This document shows, piece after piece, positions 48,336-51,946 of a DNA stretch of 51,946 nucleotides. The stretch lies in assembly GCA_021796545.1 (NCBI GenBank), contig JAKABX010000003.1:1-51946 (forward strand), written 5' to 3'. The DNA is from Actinomycetes bacterium (GTDB lineage Bacteria > Actinomycetota > Acidimicrobiia > Acidimicrobiales > Bog-793). The notes below the pieces were generated by a model. That model saw nothing but the letters and a program-made list of their open reading frames with translations, was not told the origin of the DNA and did not search any database. Numbering within the stretch: the first letter of the stretch is position 1; every line of letters starts with the position of its first letter. A program made the position numbers and the translations under genes.

Positions 48336-49477
48336 GCGGGCTGCAGGTCGCGCTCGACGTCTCCGCGGTGCCCCGCCGGCCGGTCGGCGCCGGGCGCTAC
48401 ACGCTCGCTCTCGCTCGGGCGCTCGTCCCGCTGGTGACGGCCGCGTCGGATGAACTCGTGCTCGTCTGCCGGCGCGACGACACGACGCGGTGGCGCTTCG
48501 GCGGCCGGTCGCGCGCGCTCGGCGCCGCGCCGGCGCAGCGTCTCGCGCGGCTCGTCTTTGGCGAGATCGGCCTCGTGCCCGCGCTGTCGCTCCTGGCCCG
48601 CCCGCCCGCCGGCGCGGCCCGGGTCCTGCATGCGCCGCACTACAGCGTTCCACTCGGCGCCAGAACGCCGGTCGTCGTCACGGTCCATGACATGACCTTC
48701 CACGACCACCCCGAATGGCACGAGCCCGCGAAGGTCGCGTACTTCCGCCGGGCGCTGCGGCGCGCCGCGGCGGTCGCCGACCTCGTCGTCTGCGTCTCGG
48801 ACGCGACCGCCCGGCGTTTTTGCGCGGTGTATGCGCCCCGTGCGCCAGTCGTCGTCATCCCCCACGGCGTCGACCACGACGTGTTCGCGCCCGAGGCTGA
48901 CGCAGCGGCGGACGCAGCCGTGCTCGAGAGCCTCGAGGTGCGCCCCCCCTACCTCCTGCACCTCGGCACGCTCGAGCCGCGCAAGGACGTCCCGACCCTG
49001 ATCCGCGCGTTCGCCGCACTCGCGCGCGCACACGACGACCTGAGCCTTGTGCTCGCGGGCCGGGAGGGCTGGGCCCCGGCAGCGCTCGAGGAGGCACTCG
49101 CGCGCCCGGAGATCGCGGGCCGGATCCGTCGCCTCGGCTACGTCGAGGACGCGGCGCTCCCGCCGCTCCTGCGTCGGGCGGCGGCCGTCGTCTACCCCTC
49201 CCTCGAGGAGGGCTTCGGCCTCCCCGCGCTCGAGGCGCTCGCCTGCGGCGCGCCGCTCGTCACGACCGCTGGCAGCGTGATGGCCGAGACGGCGGGTGCC
49301 GCGGCGCTCCTCGCGCCGCCGTCGGACCCCGAGGCGCTGCGCGTCGCCATCGAGACGGCCCTGGCGGGGGACCGCGGTGCCGAGCGGCGCGCGCTCGGCC
49401 TCGCTGTCGCCGGCCGCCACCGCTGGGAGCTGGCCGCGGCGGCCCACCTCGAGGCGTACCGGCGCGTCGCGCGCTGA
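48332..49477 (+). CDS. GT4 glycosyltransferase
   Basis: GAGRY, VTVHDM, LGTLEPRKD, EGFGLPALEAL. Confidence 0.9.
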   Translation: MSGLQVALDVSAVPRRPVGAGRYTLALARALVPLVTAASDELVLVCRRDDTTRWRFGGRSRALGAAPAQRLARLVFGEIGLVPALSLLARPPAGAARVLHAPHYSVPLGARTPVVVTVHDMTFHDHPEWHEPAKVAYFRRALRRAAAVADLVVCVSDATARRFCAVYAPRAPVVVIPHGVDHDVFAPEADAAADAAVLESLEVRPPYLLHLGTLEPRKDVPTLIRAFAALARAHDDLSLVLAGREGWAPAALEEALARPEIAGRIRRLGYVEDAALPPLLRRAAAVVYPSLEEGFGLPALEALACGAPLVTTAGSVMAETAGAAALLAPPSDPEALRVAIETALAGDRGAERRALGLAVAGRHRWELAAAAHLEAYRRVAR

Positions 49478-49516
49478 GCGGGCGCCGGTCGGGGGACGCT
49501 TTAGTACGGTCGGGGT

Positions 49517-50419
49517 GTGCGCGCGTTCGTTACGGGCTCGACCGGCTTCGTGGGCCACTGGCTGCGCCGCCACCTGCACGCGTGCGGTGACGAGGTCGTC
49601 GCGCTCGCCGGCGAGGTCGACGTGCGCGACGCGGACACGCTCGGCGCGGCGCTGCGCGCCGCCGAGCCCGAGGTCGTCTACCACCTCGCCGCCGCCTCCC
49701 ATGTCGGGCGGAGCTGGGACGAGCCCGCCGAGACGACCGCAATCAACGTGCTCGGGACCCTGAACGTCCTCGAGGCGGCGCGGCGCTGCCCGCGCCCGGC
49801 CGCCGTGCTGCTCGTCAGCTCCGCCGAGGTCTATGGCGGTGGCGACGGCCGGCCGCTCAGCGAGGACGCCGAGCTGCGGCCGGTGTCGCCCTACGCGGCG
49901 AGCAAGGTCGCGGCGGAGTACCTGGGGCTGCAGGCGGCCCTCGGGCGCCGGCTCCGGGTCGTGCGGGTCCGGCCCTTCAACCACGTCGGTCCCGGTCAGT
50001 CGCCCGACTTCGTCGTCTCGGCGCTCGCGCGGCGCATCGCCGCCGCGGAGCTCGCCGGCGGTGGCGAGGTGCGCGTCGGTAACCTGACGCCGCGGCGCGA
50101 CCTCACGGACGTACGTGACGTCGTGCGCGCCTACCGCCTGCTCGCCGAGCGCGGGGAGGCCGGCGTCGCGTACAACGTCTGCGGGGGCCAGACGGTCACG
50201 ATCGCCGCGGTCGTCGAGCGCCTCCTCACACTCGCGAGCGGGGAGATCCGCGTCGTCGAGGACCCCGACCTCGTGCGACCCGTCGACGTCCCCGTGCTCG
50301 CGGGGGACTGCACGCGGCTTCGGGCGCTGACGGGCTGGGAGCCCGAGATCCCTCTCGAGACCACGCTCTTGGAGGTCCTCGACTACTGGCGGGAACGGCT
50401 ACGGACGGCCGCGGCCTGA
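49517..50419 (+). CDS. GDP-4-keto-6-deoxy-D-mannose reductase (Rmd)/GMD-like SDR
   Basis: TGSTGFVG, YHLAA, SSAEVYG, SPYAASK, RPFNHVGPGQ, GNLTPRRDLTDVRD. Confidence 0.85.
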   Translation: MRAFVTGSTGFVGHWLRRHLHACGDEVVALAGEVDVRDADTLGAALRAAEPEVVYHLAAASHVGRSWDEPAETTAINVLGTLNVLEAARRCPRPAAVLLVSSAEVYGGGDGRPLSEDAELRPVSPYAASKVAAEYLGLQAALGRRLRVVRVRPFNHVGPGQSPDFVVSALARRIAAAELAGGGEVRVGNLTPRRDLTDVRDVVRAYRLLAERGEAGVAYNVCGGQTVTIAAVVERLLTLASGEIRVVEDPDLVRPVDVPVLAGDCTRLRALTGWEPEIPLETTLLEVLDYWRERLRTAAA

Positions 50420-50438
50420 GCGGCGACCGTCGCCGGGC

Positions 50439-50672
50439 TCAGCGCCCCGCAGCGCCCGCGCGCCCGCGCGCGCGCCCGAGGATCGTCCGCAGCGGCGCGG
50501 CGGCGGGCTCGGCGAGCGCGGCGGCGACGCGCGCGACGCGCGCGGGTGCCGGTTCGTCGGCCGACGCCCGGGCCGCGACCTTGGCGCGTTGCACAGAGAG
50601 AACGGCCGTTCCGACGGCGAATGCGGCCGCCTCTTCGCAGAGCTTTGCGATCGGAGAACCCTGACGCGTCAC
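50439..50672 (-). CDS. Small hypothetical protein
   Basis: 77-aa ORF filling the gap between genes; GTG lies 7 nt after a TAGCCT -10-like box, as for other leaderless genes here. Confidence 0.5.
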   Translation of the reverse strand: MTRQGSPIAKLCEEAAAFAVGTAVLSVQRAKVAARASADEPAPARVARVAAALAEPAAAPLRTILGRARGRAGAAGR

Positions 50673-50734
50673 GGCCCGCAGGCTACCGGGCGCTGCGACG
50701 GGGGGCGTCGCGCCCGGCTACGGTTTCCCCCCTG

Positions 50735-51946
50735 ATGCCGGAGCACCAGGTGCCGGCGGCGGTCGCCGTCGTCGTCGCCTTCGATCCGGGACCCTGGTTC
50801 GAGGACTGTCTGGCCAGCCTCGGTGCCCAGGACTACCCGAACTGCTCGCTGCTCGTCGTCGACAACGCGAGCGCGCAGCCCCTCGCCGGGCGCGTCGCGT
50901 CCGTGGCGCCCCACGCGTACGTGCTGCGGACCGAGGAGAACCAAGGCTTCGCGGCCGGCGCGAACGTCGTCCTCGCCGCGGTGGAGAACGCCGCCTTCTA
51001 CCTGTTCTGCCACGACGACGTCGTCCTCGCCCCCGACGCGCTGCGCCACCTCGTCGAGGCCGCCTACCGCGACAACGCGGGCATCGTCGCCCCGAAGATC
51101 GTCGACGGCGACGACGCGGACCGCCTCTTGCAGGTCGGCGTCGGCGTCGACCGCCTCGGCGTGCCGGTCGACCGTGTCGAGCGCGGCGAGCTCGACCAGG
51201 GTCAGCACGACGAGGCGCACGAGGTCTTTGCCGCGCCGAGCGCCTGCATGCTCGTACGCGCCGACCTGTTCGCCGTCGTCGGCGGCTTCGACGCAGAGAT
51301 GCGGCTCTTCGGCGAGGACACCGATCTCGCGTGGCGCGCGCGCCTCGCCGGGGCGCGCGTCGCGGTCGAGCCCGCGGCGGTGGTGCGCCACTTCGAGGCG
51401 ACCGCCACGAGGCGCCGCTGGCTCCCCGAGGCGCGCCTGTTCCGCCGGCGCCACGAGGTGCGCTCCGTCCTCAAGAACTACGGCCCGGCGCGCCGGCGCC
51501 TCGCGCTCGGGCAGCTCGCCGTCATCACCGTCGTCGAGCTCTTCTACTTCCTCCTGCTCGGCAACGCCGAGCGGCGCCGCGAGCTCCTCCAGACCTGGCG
51601 GTGGAACCTCGCCCCCGAACGGGGCCTCGCGCAGGCACGCGCGGCCGTCGCGGCGCAGCGGCGCGTCCCCGACCGCGTCGTCGCGCACCTGTTCAGCCAC
51701 CGCACCAGCCGGCTCTGGCGTCTCTTGCGCCCGCACCTTCCGCCCGCGCTCGGCGGGCCGGGGATCTTCGACGCCGCAGCCGAACAGCGCGCGACCGAAC
51801 GGATCGGTGCCTGGGCGCGTTCGGCCGGCGCCCAGAGTGCGGCGGCGCTCAAGCTTCCAAGCACCCGGGCACCCGGCGCGCGACCCACCCGCCACCGGGC
51901 GGTGGTCGCCGTCGCCCTCATCGCCGCGTTCGTCTTCCTGCTCGGG
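50735..51946 (+). CDS. GT2 glycosyltransferase, truncated by the window edge
   Basis: My translation from ATG 50735: VVDNAS, NQGFAAGAN, LFCHDD, ELDQGQHD, CMLVRADLF, GGFD, GEDTDLAWRA, then a TM segment; no stop before the edge, so it is absent from the ORF track. Confidence 0.88.
   Translation, partial: MPEHQVPAAVAVVVAFDPGPWFEDCLASLGAQDYPNCSLLVVDNASAQPLAGRVASVAPHAYVLRTEENQGFAAGANVVLAAVENAAFYLFCHDDVVLAPDALRHLVEAAYRDNAGIVAPKIVDGDDADRLLQVGVGVDRLGVPVDRVERGELDQGQHDEAHEVFAAPSACMLVRADLFAVVGGFDAEMRLFGEDTDLAWRARLAGARVAVEPAAVVRHFEATATRRRWLPEARLFRRRHEVRSVLKNYGPARRRLALGQLAVITVVELFYFLLLGNAERRRELLQTWRWNLAPERGLAQARAAVAAQRRVPDRVVAHLFSHRTSRLWRLLRPHLPPALGGPGIFDAAAEQRATERIGAWARSAGAQSAAALKLPSTRAPGARPTRHRAVVAVALIAAFVFLLG

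Noticed and set aside
33-51921. Many long overlapping or antisense ORFs (e.g. 3892..6165+, 14591..17425+, 38733..41348-, 45129..47573-, 50669..51895-)
   Set aside because: Shadow frames expected at very high GC: Arg/Pro/Ala-rich or antisense to motif-bearing genes, with no motifs of their own.

Overview
A very GC-rich bacterial window, most consistent with an actinobacterium (Acidimicrobiia-like; inferred from gene content, F420 genes, leaderless TANNNT promoters and mycobacteria-like rmlD-wbbL-manB-fbiA/fbiB-birA-accA synteny). About 45 genes, in order: surE and an aldose epimerase; a decayed heliorhodopsin; glnD; a Fur/Zur regulator with its operator and a metal ABC operon; a SRAP protein; a methyltransferase/GT2/YfhO surface-glycan trio; a nitroreductase and a rhodanese-MoeB fusion; an AT-richer LIV-type ABC operon divergent from a CitA/CitB-family two-component system; an M20 amidohydrolase; TetR-MFS; LacI; a decaying redox islet (TetR, peroxiredoxin-like and HAD pseudogenes around an intact DsbA-like gene); ybaK-like, accA and birA; and a long cell-envelope sugar plus F420 cluster that runs off the right edge. 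I found no rRNA, tRNA, CRISPR array, transposase or prophage, and no clearly complete novel system. The best leads are the heliorhodopsin remnant, the CitAB-LIV pairing, an apparent AT-to-GC bias in pseudogene decay, catalytic-motif variants (RmlB TCE; an epimerase lacking the YxxxK Tyr) and a single-domain CofE. All family assignments come from motif recognition by eye, not database searches.
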